Source of the DNA: Gammaproteobacteria bacterium
GTDB lineage: Bacteria; Pseudomonadota; Gammaproteobacteria; GCA-2400775
Length of the DNA: 64,000 nt
Reading direction: 5' to 3'
NCBI GenBank assembly: GCA_013151045.1
Contig: JAADIY010000038.1
Coordinates: 311 to 64,310 of the forward strand
A model generated the notes under the pieces. That model was not told the DNA's origin. It saw only the letters and a list, made by a program, of their open reading frames with translations, and searched no databases. This document shows, one piece after another, positions 21,439 through 32,765 of this stretch. The position numbers and the translations under genes are program-made. The first letter of the stretch is position 1. Every line of letters starts with the position of its first letter.

Positions 21439-23301
21439 ATGCCACGCACGGGTTCACTTACTGACGACCTAAGAGAAAGCGAACAATTTCGCCGTCGTAC
21501 TATCGTCGCATTCCTCGTGGTCATATTAATGGTTACAGGTATTGTTGCCCGCCTAGTTTATCTGCAAGTAGTTAATCACCATCATTTCACCACACAAGCC
21601 GACCAGAACCGCGTCACCGTAGTGCCATTAGCGCCAACACGCGGATTAATCTTCGATCGTCGCGGCCGTGTGCTGGCCGAAAACTTGCCATCTTTTACCC
21701 TTGAACTCGTACCTGAACGCGTTATTGATCTCGACGCCACCATTAACGAACTTGGCCGTTATGTCGATATTTCGCAAAATAATATCCAACGCTTTTATGA
21801 CCAGCTACAGCGTAAACGCCGCCATGATTCCATTGCCATACGCTCACATTTAACAGAAGAAGAAGTCGCGCGCTTTGCCGTTAACCGCCATCGTTTTCCA
21901 GGTGTTGAAATTAACGCGCGCCTACTACGCAGCTACCCGTACGGACCACTGGCCGTGCATACCATCGGCTATGTTGGGCAAATTAACGAAAAAGAAGCCA
22001 GCAAAGTCAATCAAACCAATTACAGCGCCACAAGTTATATCGGCAAAATTGGTATCGAAAAATATTACGAGACCTTACTGCATGGCCAAATCGGTTATCA
22101 GCGCGTTGAAACCAATGCCCAAGGCCGTGTCATTGAAGTACTCGATAGCATAGCGCCTAAACCAGGCAGCAATTTGCATCTGACCATCGATGCCGAACTG
22201 CAACGTATTGCAGAAGCCATTCTTGGCGATCAACGCGGAGCAATCGTTGCTATAGAACCTGCTACCGGCAATCTATTATCCATGGTTAGCAAACCAAGCT
22301 ACGACCCTAATCTGTTTGTCCAAGGCATTGATCACGCCACCTTCAATGCGCTCAATAACTCGCCTGATCACCCGCTCTTTAATCGCATTTTACGTGGCAC
22401 CTACCCACCTGGCTCAACAATTAAACCGATCATTGCGCTGGCGGCATTGGAATACAATAAAATTGATGCCAATACCAGTGTATTTTGCCCAGGCTGGTAT
22501 TCCTTAGAAGGTGACAATCACCGCTATCGTGACTGGAAGCGCTGGGGCCATGGTCACACCGATATGAAAAAGGCTGTAGCCGAATCATGTGATGTCTTTT
22601 TTTATGATATCGCCTTTCGGCTTGGCATCGATCACATGCATGAATACATGACCAAATTTGGTTTTGGCAGTACTACAAAAGTTGATATCAGTGACGAACT
22701 CAGCGGTATCATGCCATCACGACAATGGAAACGTGATGCGCGCGGCCTACCGTGGTTTCCTGGTGAAACCCTGATCACTGGCATTGGCCAAGGGTTTATG
22801 ACCGCAACACCTTTACAACTCGCGCGTGCTACTGCGGCAATCGCCAATCGCGGCACCCTTGTTACCCCGCGAGTCGTCCGGGCAATAAGTGAAAACGGTG
22901 AAGAAGCAACAACCATTAATTTAATTGATACGGTCTCTGAACCCATCATTTTAAAAAATGAAAATCACTGGCAGGCCGTTGTTGATTCAATGAAAGAAGT
23001 TGTCCACGGCGCACATGGTACCGCGCGTAAAATCGCAACAAACTCACCTTTTACAATTGCTGGAAAAACCGGCACCGCGCAGGTTTTCGGTATTAAACAA
23101 GATGAAAACTATGACGCCGACGACCTAGATAAACGTCTACATGATCATGCTTTGTTTATTGGCTTTGCTCCAATTGAAAACCCGCAGATAGCCGTGGCGG
23201 TCATCGTCGAGAATGGCGGTAGCGGCAGCAGTACCGCAGCGCCAATCGCCTACCAAGTTTTACATCATTACCTCACTACCCTGGCCGACTATGGAACTTA
23301 A
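21439..23301 (+). CDS. mrdA: penicillin-binding protein 2 (peptidoglycan D,D-transpeptidase)
   Basis: 620 aa; N-terminal TM, transpeptidase motifs STIKP, SxN, KTGTA. Confidence 0.93.
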   Translation: MPRTGSLTDDLRESEQFRRRTIVAFLVVILMVTGIVARLVYLQVVNHHHFTTQADQNRVTVVPLAPTRGLIFDRRGRVLAENLPSFTLELVPERVIDLDATINELGRYVDISQNNIQRFYDQLQRKRRHDSIAIRSHLTEEEVARFAVNRHRFPGVEINARLLRSYPYGPLAVHTIGYVGQINEKEASKVNQTNYSATSYIGKIGIEKYYETLLHGQIGYQRVETNAQGRVIEVLDSIAPKPGSNLHLTIDAELQRIAEAILGDQRGAIVAIEPATGNLLSMVSKPSYDPNLFVQGIDHATFNALNNSPDHPLFNRILRGTYPPGSTIKPIIALAALEYNKIDANTSVFCPGWYSLEGDNHRYRDWKRWGHGHTDMKKAVAESCDVFFYDIAFRLGIDHMHEYMTKFGFGSTTKVDISDELSGIMPSRQWKRDARGLPWFPGETLITGIGQGFMTATPLQLARATAAIANRGTLVTPRVVRAISENGEEATTINLIDTVSEPIILKNENHWQAVVDSMKEVVHGAHGTARKIATNSPFTIAGKTGTAQVFGIKQDENYDADDLDKRLHDHALFIGFAPIENPQIAVAVIVENGGSGSSTAAPIAYQVLHHYLTTLADYGT

Positions 23302-24424
23302 GGAAAACGCGTTTCAACGCTGGGGAGAACAACGTCACCAATCATGGCTTGTGCGACGCATGCATTTAGATGTGCCCCTAACACTCGCCTTAATTGCCTT
23401 ATCTATGACCGGCCTAGCCATGCTCTATAGCGCAGGCAATCAAGATCTTGATCTAGTGTATCGCCAAATACTGCGCGTTGGCTTGGCCTTTAGCGCAATG
23501 CTAGTCATAGCCCAAATTCCGCCTGACCAACTTAAACGCTGGTCACCATGGCTAGCAGGCTTAGGCATTGCCTTGTTAATCGCTGTGGAAGTTGCCGGTG
23601 ATGTGGGTAAAGGAGCACAACGCTGGCTTGATCTCGGTTTTTTCCGCTTTCAACCTTCAGAAATAATGAAACTTGCCCTGCCCATGCTTCTCGCCTGGTA
23701 TTTGGCTGATCGCAAACTACCTCCCTCGCTTAAGCATCTTGCTGCTAGCGCTTTATTAATTGCGATACCGGTAACATTAATTGTTAAACAACCTGATTTG
23801 GGTACGTCTATTTTAATAGCCTCATCAGGGGTATTTGTCATTTTTCTCGCCGGTATTTCTTGGCGTTTAATTATTTTCTTAAGCACAGTGTTTGCCGCGT
23901 GCCTGCCTTTAGCCTGGCTCAATATGCATGACTACCAAAAAACTCGCGTGCTCACTTTTCTTAATCCCGAGAGCGATCCTTTAAACTCTGGCTATCATAT
24001 TATTCAGTCAAAAATCGCCATAGGCTCTGGCGGCTTTTACGGCAAAGGCTTTTTGCAAGGCACACAGTCACATTTAGAGTTCTTGCCCGAGCGCTCTACC
24101 GACTTTATTTTTGCCGCTTTTGCTGAAGAACTGGGTCTTATCGGCGGCTTACTTTTGCTCGCTTTATACTTATTTATCGTGACCCGCGGCTTAGTCATTG
24201 CCACTCAAGCACAAGACAGCTACACAAGACTGCTCGCGGGCAGCCTGACATTAACCTTTTTTGTCTATGTTTTTGTTAATATTGGCATGGTTTCCGGCTT
24301 ACTACCCGTTGTTGGGCTGCCGTTGCCTTTAATGAGTTATGGTGGTACCTCGATGGTGACAATTATGGCGGCCTTCGGTGTCTTAATGTCGATTCACACC
24401 CATCGAAAAATGATTCGCAATTAG
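23291..24424 (+). CDS. rodA: peptidoglycan glycosyltransferase RodA (SEDS family)
   Basis: ORF from 23213 but RodA homology starts at MELKEN... (23291), overlapping mrdA end; 10 TM SEDS protein. Confidence 0.9.
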   Translation: MELKENAFQRWGEQRHQSWLVRRMHLDVPLTLALIALSMTGLAMLYSAGNQDLDLVYRQILRVGLAFSAMLVIAQIPPDQLKRWSPWLAGLGIALLIAVEVAGDVGKGAQRWLDLGFFRFQPSEIMKLALPMLLAWYLADRKLPPSLKHLAASALLIAIPVTLIVKQPDLGTSILIASSGVFVIFLAGISWRLIIFLSTVFAACLPLAWLNMHDYQKTRVLTFLNPESDPLNSGYHIIQSKIAIGSGGFYGKGFLQGTQSHLEFLPERSTDFIFAAFAEELGLIGGLLLLALYLFIVTRGLVIATQAQDSYTRLLAGSLTLTFFVYVFVNIGMVSGLLPVVGLPLPLMSYGGTSMVTIMAAFGVLMSIHTHRKMIRN

Positions 24425-25437
24425 TGAGAACTGACGTGATTAAACCTATTCTAGCATTAGCATTGGGCGCATTGATTGGCTTCAGCACAGCGCAAGCCGG
24501 CAACCTAAACGAACGTGATGATGTAAAACAGTTTATCGACAAAATGGTTTCTGAACATCAATTCGACAAGAAACAACTGCAAGAATGGTTTAGCAAAACC
24601 GAATTAAAGCCAAAAATTATCGAAGCAATTTCTCGCCCTGCTGAAAAGAAATTAAAATGGCATGAATATCGAAAAATTTTCGTTAAACCCAACCGCATAA
24701 ACAAAGGTGTAACATTTTGGAACGCACATAGAGACACATTGGCTCGCGCAGAAAAAGAATATGGCGTACCCGCCCATATTATTACTGCAATTATCGGTGT
24801 TGAAACCCGTTACGGCGAACACAAAGGTCGTTATCGCGTTATCGATTCGCTCGCCACACTGGGTTTCGATTATCCAAAACGCAGCAAATTTTTTAAAAGC
24901 GAGCTAGAGCAATATTTGTTACTAGTACGCGAAGAAAATGCCGACCCATTTAGTATTAAAGGCTCTTACGCTGGCGCCATGGGTATTCCACAATTTATTT
25001 CCAGCAGCTATCGTCACTACGCCGTCGATTTTGATGGCGATGGTATTCGTGATCTTTGGAACAATCCTGTTGATGCCATTGGTAGCGTCGCCAATTATTT
25101 TAAAAAGCACGGCTGGAAAGCCGGTGGAGATGTGGTTATCTCAACTAAAGTCAGCGGCGATAAGTATCAAACACTTGTTGAGCGTGGCCTCAAACCACAC
25201 ACCGCGCTGACTGAATTTTCTGATCACGGCCTAAATTTTACTGCAGATACAGACAATACTCAAAAAGCATCGTTGATAGAGCTTACACAACCAGCGAATA
25301 AAGAATATTGGATTGCGCTAAATAATTTTTACGTCATCACTCGCTATAACCACAGTGCGCTTTACGCCATGGCAGCACATCAACTAAGCCTCGAAATTAA
25401 AAAGGCTAGGAACACGGCGTTAAATGAAGCGTCATAA
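24424..25437 (+). CDS. mltB: lytic murein transglycosylase B
   Basis: 337 aa, signal peptide, MltB/Slt family motifs (ETRYGEHKG, GAMGIPQF). Confidence 0.85.
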   Translation: MRTDVIKPILALALGALIGFSTAQAGNLNERDDVKQFIDKMVSEHQFDKKQLQEWFSKTELKPKIIEAISRPAEKKLKWHEYRKIFVKPNRINKGVTFWNAHRDTLARAEKEYGVPAHIITAIIGVETRYGEHKGRYRVIDSLATLGFDYPKRSKFFKSELEQYLLLVREENADPFSIKGSYAGAMGIPQFISSSYRHYAVDFDGDGIRDLWNNPVDAIGSVANYFKKHGWKAGGDVVISTKVSGDKYQTLVERGLKPHTALTEFSDHGLNFTADTDNTQKASLIELTQPANKEYWIALNNFYVITRYNHSALYAMAAHQLSLEIKKARNTALNEAS

Positions 25438-25452
25438 CGTGCACTAAATAAT

Positions 25453-26358
25453 ATGTCTCAGCCAATTAAAACTTGCGCCGCACTATTAATATTTGCACTA
25501 GCTCTTACTGCTTGTAGCAGCTCACCAAAAAAGGGGAACGGCACATTCAAAAGGCCAACGGCCAGTGATGGCGCGCCTAATCGTAGTGTCGATATCGCAT
25601 CAATTCCCAATGCGGTACCAAAGCGTGAACCACGCAGCAAATATGGCAACCCCAAGTCTTATGTTGTCTTCGGAAAACGTTATCACGTATTAAACAGCAA
25701 TAAAGGTTTTGTCCAACGTGGCGTGGCATCTTGGTACGGCACTAAATTTCATGGCAAACGCACATCCAGCGGCGAACCCTACAATATGTTCGCAATGACG
25801 GCAGCGCATAAAACCTTGCCATTACCTACCTATGTTGAAGTGACCAACCTCGATAACGGCCGTAAAGTCATTGTTAAAGTTAACGACCGCGGCCCTTTTG
25901 TCGCTGGTAGAATTATTGATTTGTCGCACACTGCAGCGAAAAAGCTCAATATCATTGGCTCAGGAACAGGACGTGTTGAAATTCGCGCCATTGCCCCTGG
26001 CCGCTATGGAAAATCAGTAAAAAAGCCACCTCTACAGAAAAAAGTACAAAAAAAGCCTAGCAGAGTCAGCGCCTCTAGGCCGAAAACACCTAAGGCCAGC
26101 GTCACGCCAGCCAATGAACGTTTATTTGTTCAAATAGGTGCTTTCAACAATAGTCATAACGCTGAAAACATGCAAAAAAACCTCTACCAACGCCTAGGGC
26201 CACGCCTGCGTATTGATGCCCACTATAGCGAAACCGAAAAGCTCTATCGCGTTCGCATTGGGCCTATCTCCAGTAGAGATGATGCCGATCGTGTCCACAC
26301 AAAACTAAAACGCATTGGCTTTCCTAGCAGCCGCATTATTTCTGAACCACCGCGCTAA
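25453..26358 (+). CDS. rlpA: septal ring lytic transglycosylase RlpA (DPBB + SPOR domains)
   Basis: Lipoprotein signal (LTACSS), DPBB domain (GVASWYG...TSSGE), C-terminal SPOR domain (FVQIGAFNN...). Confidence 0.88.
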   Translation: MSQPIKTCAALLIFALALTACSSSPKKGNGTFKRPTASDGAPNRSVDIASIPNAVPKREPRSKYGNPKSYVVFGKRYHVLNSNKGFVQRGVASWYGTKFHGKRTSSGEPYNMFAMTAAHKTLPLPTYVEVTNLDNGRKVIVKVNDRGPFVAGRIIDLSHTAAKKLNIIGSGTGRVEIRAIAPGRYGKSVKKPPLQKKVQKKPSRVSASRPKTPKASVTPANERLFVQIGAFNNSHNAENMQKNLYQRLGPRLRIDAHYSETEKLYRVRIGPISSRDDADRVHTKLKRIGFPSSRIISEPPR

Positions 26359-26452
26359 GCCTCATCAGCCCCATATATCACTAAATTTGCCAGACGTGCA
26401 CGCTAGGACACGTTAGAATAGACATCTATTACAACGGCCTTATAACAACGTC

Positions 26453-27631
26453 ATGCCAGCAAAAACATTTTTGAACCACCACACTTCTGTTGTTTCACTA
26501 CTATCTAGCATTCTTCTCATCGCTCTACTCAGCGTGAGTTTTTCATTGCTCGCCGCACCAAGGCCTATCCCCGCAGCACCAGCCGTTGCCGCCAGCGGAT
26601 ATATTTTACAAGATTTCCACACTGGGAAAATCATTGCTAGTAGCAAAGCAGATGAAAGACTGGAACCAGCCAGTCTGACAAAGCTGATGTCAGCCTATAT
26701 CGTTTTTACCGAGCTAGAAAAAAACAATATTGGACTTGCCGATGAAGTACTAATTAGTGAGACCGCGTGGCGCACAGGTGGATCACGCATGTTTGTTGAA
26801 GCTGGCTCTAAAGTCAGTGTAGAAAATTTAATTAAAGGCATGATTATTCAATCTGGCAACGATGCTACCGTTGCTTTAGCAGAATACGTCGCAGGCACCG
26901 AAGGTGCATTTGCCGAGCTGATGAATCATGAAGCAAAATTGCTTGGCATGACTAGTTCTAATTTTCAAAATGCATCAGGCCTACCTGGCAAAGAGCACTA
27001 CACCACAGCAACTGATCTGGCGATTTTAACGCGCGCATTAATCGCCAACTTCCCGGCTTATTACCCATGGTATTCACAAAAAGAATTTACTTATAATGAC
27101 ATCACACAGCCTAACCGTAATAAGTTACTCTGGCGCGATGACACCGTCGATGGCGTTAAGACAGGCCACACCAGTTCAGCCGGTTATTGTTTAGTCACTT
27201 CAGCACTACGCGATGGCATGCGTTTGATTTCAGTCGTACTTGGCACCAAAAGCCCCGATGCTCGTGCCAGAGAAAGCCAAAAATTGCTTAACTACGGTTA
27301 CCGTTTTTTTGAAACGCGCCGTTTATATGTAGCAGGTGAAAGCTTATCCACAAGCAAGCTTTGGAAAGGCAATCGTGATCAAATCAGCGTCGGAGTTAAT
27401 GAAGATATTTACGTTACTATTCCACGCGGCCAAGACGATGCTTTATCAGCAACGATTCAGATACAAGAACAAATCATAGCGCCAATAGAAAAAAATTCTA
27501 AACTTGGTATCGCCACCGTTACTTTCGGCGAAGAAGTCCTAGTCGAACAAGCTGTTATTGCATTAGATGAGTATAGCGAAGGTGGTTTAATACAGCGCCT
27601 CAAGGATACCGTCTTATTATTCTTTGAATAG
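26453..27631 (+). CDS. dacA: D-alanyl-D-alanine carboxypeptidase (PBP5/6 family)
   Basis: 392 aa; signal peptide; SxxK (SLTKLM), SGN, KTG motifs. Confidence 0.9.
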   Translation: MPAKTFLNHHTSVVSLLSSILLIALLSVSFSLLAAPRPIPAAPAVAASGYILQDFHTGKIIASSKADERLEPASLTKLMSAYIVFTELEKNNIGLADEVLISETAWRTGGSRMFVEAGSKVSVENLIKGMIIQSGNDATVALAEYVAGTEGAFAELMNHEAKLLGMTSSNFQNASGLPGKEHYTTATDLAILTRALIANFPAYYPWYSQKEFTYNDITQPNRNKLLWRDDTVDGVKTGHTSSAGYCLVTSALRDGMRLISVVLGTKSPDARARESQKLLNYGYRFFETRRLYVAGESLSTSKLWKGNRDQISVGVNEDIYVTIPRGQDDALSATIQIQEQIIAPIEKNSKLGIATVTFGEEVLVEQAVIALDEYSEGGLIQRLKDTVLLFFE

Positions 27632-27637
27632 CGCACC

Positions 27638-28486
27638 ATGAATACTTCATCTACAGCCTACATCAATGGTCAATTTGTTCCTTTATCCGAAGTGACTATC
27701 TCGCCACTAGACCGCGGCTTTGTCTTCGGTGATGGCGTTTATGAAGTCATACCTGTTTACCACGGTGTCGCCTTTCGACTTGATGAGCACTTACTACGTT
27801 TAAATAATAGTTTAAGCGCTATCCGTTTAGACAACCCCTACTCTGATGAAAAATGGGCAACGGTATTAAACCAGCTTATTGAAGAAAATCAGGCAGGCGA
27901 TCAATCACTGTATATTCAGATCACACGCGGTGTTGCTGAACGCGATCACGCATTTCCTGAAACGAGTGCAGCAACCATATTTGCTATGAGCAAGCCTTTG
28001 CCTGCTTCTCAACAAGCTCCTATCAAGGCAATAACCTTGCAAGACATTCGTTGGCAATGGTGCCATATAAAATCAACTGCCTTGTTAGGCAATTTATTAT
28101 TACGTCAGCAAGCCATCGATAGGGGTTGCCAAGAAGCTATTTTATTACGTGACGGTGTGCTGACAGAAGGAGCCGCGAGCAACGTATTTATTGTTAAAGA
28201 TGGCGTCATTCTTACACCCCAAAAGAGCAACCAGATTCTGCCTGGCATTACCCGTGACATTGTTGTCGAATTAGCCGAAGAAAATAATGTCGCGATCGCG
28301 GAAACAGAAATCAGCGAACAGCAACTGCTCAGTGCTGATGAGATATGGGTGACTAGTGCGACCAAAGAAATTGCACCGGTGATAGAACTTAACGGTAAAC
28401 CCATCAATAGTGGAAAGATAGGACCGGCTTGCCAAGTGATGCAAAAACTTTTCAATCAGTTTAAACAAACACTACGCAATCAGTAA
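27638..28486 (+). CDS. class IV aminotransferase (D-amino-acid transaminase-like)
   Basis: 282 aa fold-type IV PLP enzyme (FGDGVYEV..., catalytic Lys region); sits between dacA and ybeD. Confidence 0.75.
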   Translation: MNTSSTAYINGQFVPLSEVTISPLDRGFVFGDGVYEVIPVYHGVAFRLDEHLLRLNNSLSAIRLDNPYSDEKWATVLNQLIEENQAGDQSLYIQITRGVAERDHAFPETSAATIFAMSKPLPASQQAPIKAITLQDIRWQWCHIKSTALLGNLLLRQQAIDRGCQEAILLRDGVLTEGAASNVFIVKDGVILTPQKSNQILPGITRDIVVELAEENNVAIAETEISEQQLLSADEIWVTSATKEIAPVIELNGKPINSGKIGPACQVMQKLFNQFKQTLRNQ

Positions 28487-28492
28487 TATGAT

Positions 28493-28765
28493 ATGAGCGC
28501 TAGCGATGAAGAACTCGGCTTACAATTTCCTTGTGATTTCCCAATCAAAGTCATAGGTAAAAGTGAGCGTGCCTTACAGGACTCTGTAGAAAAAATTCTC
28601 AATATTCATGTTGATACCGAGCATCAAACCTCTATCAAAGAACGTCATAGTAAAGGCGCGCGCTTTATCTCGATTACTGTGACCATTCAAGCACAAAGCC
28701 GAAAACAACTCGACGAGTTATATATTGCCTTCAATAAGCACGATGACATCATGATGGTGCTTTGA
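28493..28765 (+). CDS. ybeD: UPF0250/YbeD family protein
   Basis: 90 aa, FPCDFPIKVIG motif typical of YbeD; conserved upstream of lipB. Confidence 0.85.
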   Translation: MSASDEELGLQFPCDFPIKVIGKSERALQDSVEKILNIHVDTEHQTSIKERHSKGARFISITVTIQAQSRKQLDELYIAFNKHDDIMMVL

Positions 28766-28795
28766 CGCTATCCTAAATAGCCTGAGACAGACCGA

Positions 28796-29461
28796 ATGAA
28801 ATTAACTTGTCGTTACTTTGCTCGCAACGACTATAACGCCATGCTCAAATCAATGCAGGCGTTTACTGATACACGTAACGAAGACACTAACGATGAGCTT
28901 TGGCTAACGGAACACAATCCTGTTTTTACTTTAGGTCGCGCCGGTAAGGAAGAACACATATTGAATGCTGGCAACATTCCCGTAGTGCGCAGTGATCGCG
29001 GCGGACAAGTGACTTATCATGGGCCCGGTCAACTTATTGGCTACATGCTATTCGATTTAAAAAGATTAAACCTTGGCGTAAAGAGGTTTGTTGCTAAAAC
29101 CGAACAGGTGTTAATCAATTTTTTGTCTGATAATCATATCCAAGGCGTTCGGCGAGACGGGGCTCCGGGGGTTTATGTTGACGAAGCCAAGATAGCTGCA
29201 CTGGGTTTGCGTATTCGCCGTCACCGTGCTTACCATGGATTTAGCCTCAACGTTAATATGGATCTCGCTCCATTTTCCCGTATTAACCCTTGTGGCTACG
29301 CCAATCTCAGCGTCACCGACCTTCAAACACTGGGACTCAATCATACATTTGGCAGTGCCAGTGATACCCTTTGCGCCCAAATTCAGCATATTTTCGGTTA
29401 CACTGGGCTATTGATTGACGAGCACGCAGTAATAACAAATGACCGAACCCAAGGCACTTAG
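28796..29461 (+). CDS. lipB: octanoyltransferase LipB
   Basis: 221 aa; [12 protein letters not shown] motif; overlaps lipA start. Confidence 0.92.
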   Translation: MKLTCRYFARNDYNAMLKSMQAFTDTRNEDTNDELWLTEHNPVFTLGRAGKEEHILNAGNIPVVRSDRGGQVTYHGPGQLIGYMLFDLKRLNLGVKRFVAKTEQVLINFLSDNHIQGVRRDGAPGVYVDEAKIAALGLRIRRHRAYHGFSLNVNMDLAPFSRINPCGYANLSVTDLQTLGLNHTFGSASDTLCAQIQHIFGYTGLLIDEHAVITNDRTQGT

Positions 29462-30437
29462 CCCCGAAATTAAGACGGCACAAAACAAAGCCCCACGTAA
29501 TAAAACCGGTGTTTTATTGCGCGGGGCCGACAAGGTTGCCCGCATACCTATTAAGGTTCAACCAACGACCACTATGGCTCGCAAACCTAGCTGGATTCGT
29601 GCACGTGCGCCTAATCTGCCTGAGGTGGTTCGACTCAAAGCAATTTTACGTGAAAATCATTTACACACCGTCTGTGAAGAAGCCTCTTGCCCAAACCTAG
29701 GCGAGTGTTTTAGTCACGGCACCGCAACCTTTATGATCATGGGTGATATTTGTACGCGACGCTGCCCATTTTGCGATGTCGGCCATGGTCGCCCCAACCC
29801 ACTCGATGCAGACGAGCCTAATAACTTAGCCCGCACAATCAAAGCAATGGAATTGAAATACGTCGTTGTCACTTCGGTAGACCGTGACGATCTACGTGAT
29901 GGTGGTGCCGGGCACTTTGTTCAATGTATCGATGCCATTCGCAAGCAATCACCTAGCACCAAAATCGAAATCTTAGTCCCTGATTTTCGTGGCCGTATGG
30001 ATATTGCATTAGAAATCATTAAACAATCGCCACCCAATGTATTTAATCATAATCTCGAAACCATTCCACGCATGTATAAAGCGGTTCGACCAGGTTCAGA
30101 TTATGCTTGGTCACTAAACCTGATTAAGCGTTTCAAAGCACTGTATCCCGATGTGCCGACCAAATCCGGTCTCATGTTAGGTCTTGGTGAAAGCTTAGAC
30201 GAAGTTGCCGAAGTCATGCGCGACCTTAGAGCACATGACTGTGACATGCTCACATTAGGGCAATACTTACAACCGAGCAAATATCACTTACCGGTAGAAC
30301 GTTTTGTTCATCCAGATGAGTTTAATGAATTAAGAGTATTAGGCGAAGAGCTTGGCTTTAGCAATGTCGCGAGCGGTCCATTGGTTCGCTCGTCTTATCA
30401 TGCTGATCAGCAAGCTGCGGGCAACGCTATTAGCTAA
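29439..30437 (+). CDS. lipA: lipoyl synthase (radical SAM)
   Basis: 332 aa; [12 protein letters not shown] and CTRRCPFC cysteine clusters. Confidence 0.94.
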   Translation: MTEPKALSPEIKTAQNKAPRNKTGVLLRGADKVARIPIKVQPTTTMARKPSWIRARAPNLPEVVRLKAILRENHLHTVCEEASCPNLGECFSHGTATFMIMGDICTRRCPFCDVGHGRPNPLDADEPNNLARTIKAMELKYVVVTSVDRDDLRDGGAGHFVQCIDAIRKQSPSTKIEILVPDFRGRMDIALEIIKQSPPNVFNHNLETIPRMYKAVRPGSDYAWSLNLIKRFKALYPDVPTKSGLMLGLGESLDEVAEVMRDLRAHDCDMLTLGQYLQPSKYHLPVERFVHPDEFNELRVLGEELGFSNVASGPLVRSSYHADQQAAGNAIS

Positions 30438-30668
30438 CACCCACAGCTGCATGATAACAATTAGACATATGCAGTCCCAATAGTATGGCTGCCTAGCACC
30501 ACACCCTCAACACAATTATCACAAAAGCATAACTTCGGTGAAGGCCTCATCGCGCAGCCTCCTAATTATGCTAAGGTAAGCTCATAGTAGGCTACTAAAC
30601 TAGTGACTATGAGCGAAAGGATTTAGCTCTAATTGCAGACTAGAGCATGACATGCTCGGAGGGATTCT

Positions 30669-32408
30669 ATGCTTACCAATACAACTACTGAGATCGTTCC
30701 CGTCGGTAAAGCCAAAATAATACGCGTCTTGCATATCGAGGATGATCGCTTCGACGCACGTTTTATATCAGCAGCCATCGCCGGTCATCACTGCCACATT
30801 ACCCATAGTAAAACTCTAGCGAACGCCATTAAACGGCTCAACCGCTATGCACATAATGTAGTGTTGCTTGATTTGAATCTGCCCGACTCACAAGGGCTTA
30901 ATACTATAGATACTCTACATGAACACTTCCCTGAGCTAGCTATCGTTGTCTTATCTAGCAACAACGAAGAAGATAACGCATTAGCAGCCGTGCGCCTCGG
31001 CGCTCAAAACTATATACCCAAAAATGTCGCCGATGCAGCACACCTTTTACGTACGCTGCATTATGCAATTGATCGCAAAGAGTACGAACTCAACTTAATA
31101 AGTTTGGCTTTTCACGATCCTGTTTCTAACTTGGCCAGTCGAAATTTATTTTTCAATACTTTACAACAATCTATGCAGCGATGCGATCGCACAAAAGAAC
31201 GCATGGCGCTCATGTTTCTCGATCTTGATCATTTTAAAGAGATCAATGATCAATATGGCCATGATGCCGGTGATCACGTATTGCGCGAATGCGCGCAACG
31301 GCTTTCTAAATGTGTAAGAAAACAAGATTTAGTCGCAAGACTAGGTGGCGATGAATTCACTGTTATTCTTGAGAATATCAAAGATTGTCGTAATGCCAAG
31401 CGTATCACCCAAAAAATTGTTAACAGCTTAAGTCAATCGATTGAAATTAATGGCATGCAAGTTAACATCAGCGCTAGTATCGGCATTTCATTTTATGATG
31501 GCCAGGTAGAAATTCCTGCCGAAACACTGATAAAGCAAACTGACATCGCCATGTATCACGCCAAAAAAGCAGGCCGCAATACCTACAAATACTTTATGCG
31601 CAACATAAAAGAGATTAATTCTCCAGGCGACAATATTTCTGCCCTACTCAATCATGCTTTAGAACACAATGAATTTCATCTTCACTATCAGCCTCAAATC
31701 GATGCCGAAACACATGAGCTAGTTGGCGCTGAAGCATTATTACGTTGGAACAATAAGGAGCTAGGCTCAGTATTACCGTCCGTATTCATTCCCTTACTTG
31801 AAGACAGCGGCCATATTGTTGAAGTCGGTGAGTGGGTATTAAAAACAGCCTGCCAAAACTGGGCAAGCTGGGTCAAGAAAGGCAAAATCAATACAAACAC
31901 GACCATTTCCGTCAATCTCTCAGCATTGCAATTTACCCAGGAAGACATTGCAAAAACCATTGCTAAAATACTTAGCAAAACCGGCCTCCAAGCCAGTCAA
32001 CTCGACTTAGAGCTCACTGAAAGCACCTTGCTCAGCAACACCGAACGTAATTTACATACGTTGAAGAAAATCAAAAACCTCGGTGTTAGCCTAACTATCG
32101 ATGACTTTGGTACCGGCTTTAGTTCGTTGCCTTATCTAAAACATTTTTGCTTTGATCGCTTGAAAGTTGACCGCTCTTATATCAACCATGTTCTCGACAA
32201 CTCCGTCGACGCGGCAATTTCATCGTCGATTATTAACTTAGCAAAAAACTTAGACCTCAAAGTCATCGCAGAAGGCGTAGATAGCTGGGATAAAGTCAGC
32301 CGTGTTAAATCTTATGGTTGCACAATCATGCAAGGCTTCTATTACAGCAGACCTCTTGCGGCGAATACCTTTTTAGAGCGTTATGCCTGCGCCGCTATTG
32401 TTCATTAA
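30669..32408 (+). CDS. response-regulator receiver-GGDEF-EAL protein (c-di-GMP turnover)
   Basis: N-terminal REC domain (LLDLNLPD), intact GGDEF (RLGGDEF) and EAL (EALLRW) motifs. Confidence 0.88.
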   Translation: MLTNTTTEIVPVGKAKIIRVLHIEDDRFDARFISAAIAGHHCHITHSKTLANAIKRLNRYAHNVVLLDLNLPDSQGLNTIDTLHEHFPELAIVVLSSNNEEDNALAAVRLGAQNYIPKNVADAAHLLRTLHYAIDRKEYELNLISLAFHDPVSNLASRNLFFNTLQQSMQRCDRTKERMALMFLDLDHFKEINDQYGHDAGDHVLRECAQRLSKCVRKQDLVARLGGDEFTVILENIKDCRNAKRITQKIVNSLSQSIEINGMQVNISASIGISFYDGQVEIPAETLIKQTDIAMYHAKKAGRNTYKYFMRNIKEINSPGDNISALLNHALEHNEFHLHYQPQIDAETHELVGAEALLRWNNKELGSVLPSVFIPLLEDSGHIVEVGEWVLKTACQNWASWVKKGKINTNTTISVNLSALQFTQEDIAKTIAKILSKTGLQASQLDLELTESTLLSNTERNLHTLKKIKNLGVSLTIDDFGTGFSSLPYLKHFCFDRLKVDRSYINHVLDNSVDAAISSSIINLAKNLDLKVIAEGVDSWDKVSRVKSYGCTIMQGFYYSRPLAANTFLERYACAAIVH

Positions 32409-32409
32409 A

Positions 32410-32689
32410 CCCAATAGAGATAGACGATAGTCAATTTTATATCGAAACCTATACAAAATTGGCAACACGAATGCAAGCCTTAATTAATGACTTGTTTGAA
32501 TACGCACGCACCAATAACAACGCACAGCGTTGCACCATGACTGACATGAATACTGTTCTCGAACATACGCGTAAAAATTCATACGAAGCCATCAATGAAA
32601 GTAACGCCAACATCATTAGCGACACCCTAGCTACTTTATCGATCAACCCACCATATACTATTCGCTTATTACAAATAAGCGATGATTAA
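32410..32689 (+). pseudogene. histidine-kinase remnant (fragment spanning post-H-box to N-box region)
   Basis: + strand frame overlapping end of GGDEF-EAL gene translates to IETYTKLATRMQALINDLFEYARTNNN...NANIISDTLATL, typical of HisKA/HATPase_c linker; no start, no ATP-lid; truncated both sides. Confidence 0.4.
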
Positions 32690-32765
32690 TTAAAAATTAA
32701 TCCCCGTTTCGATAATGACAAGTTCGAAATTTCAAGATGACATTAAAAACACCTAAGCCACTATT

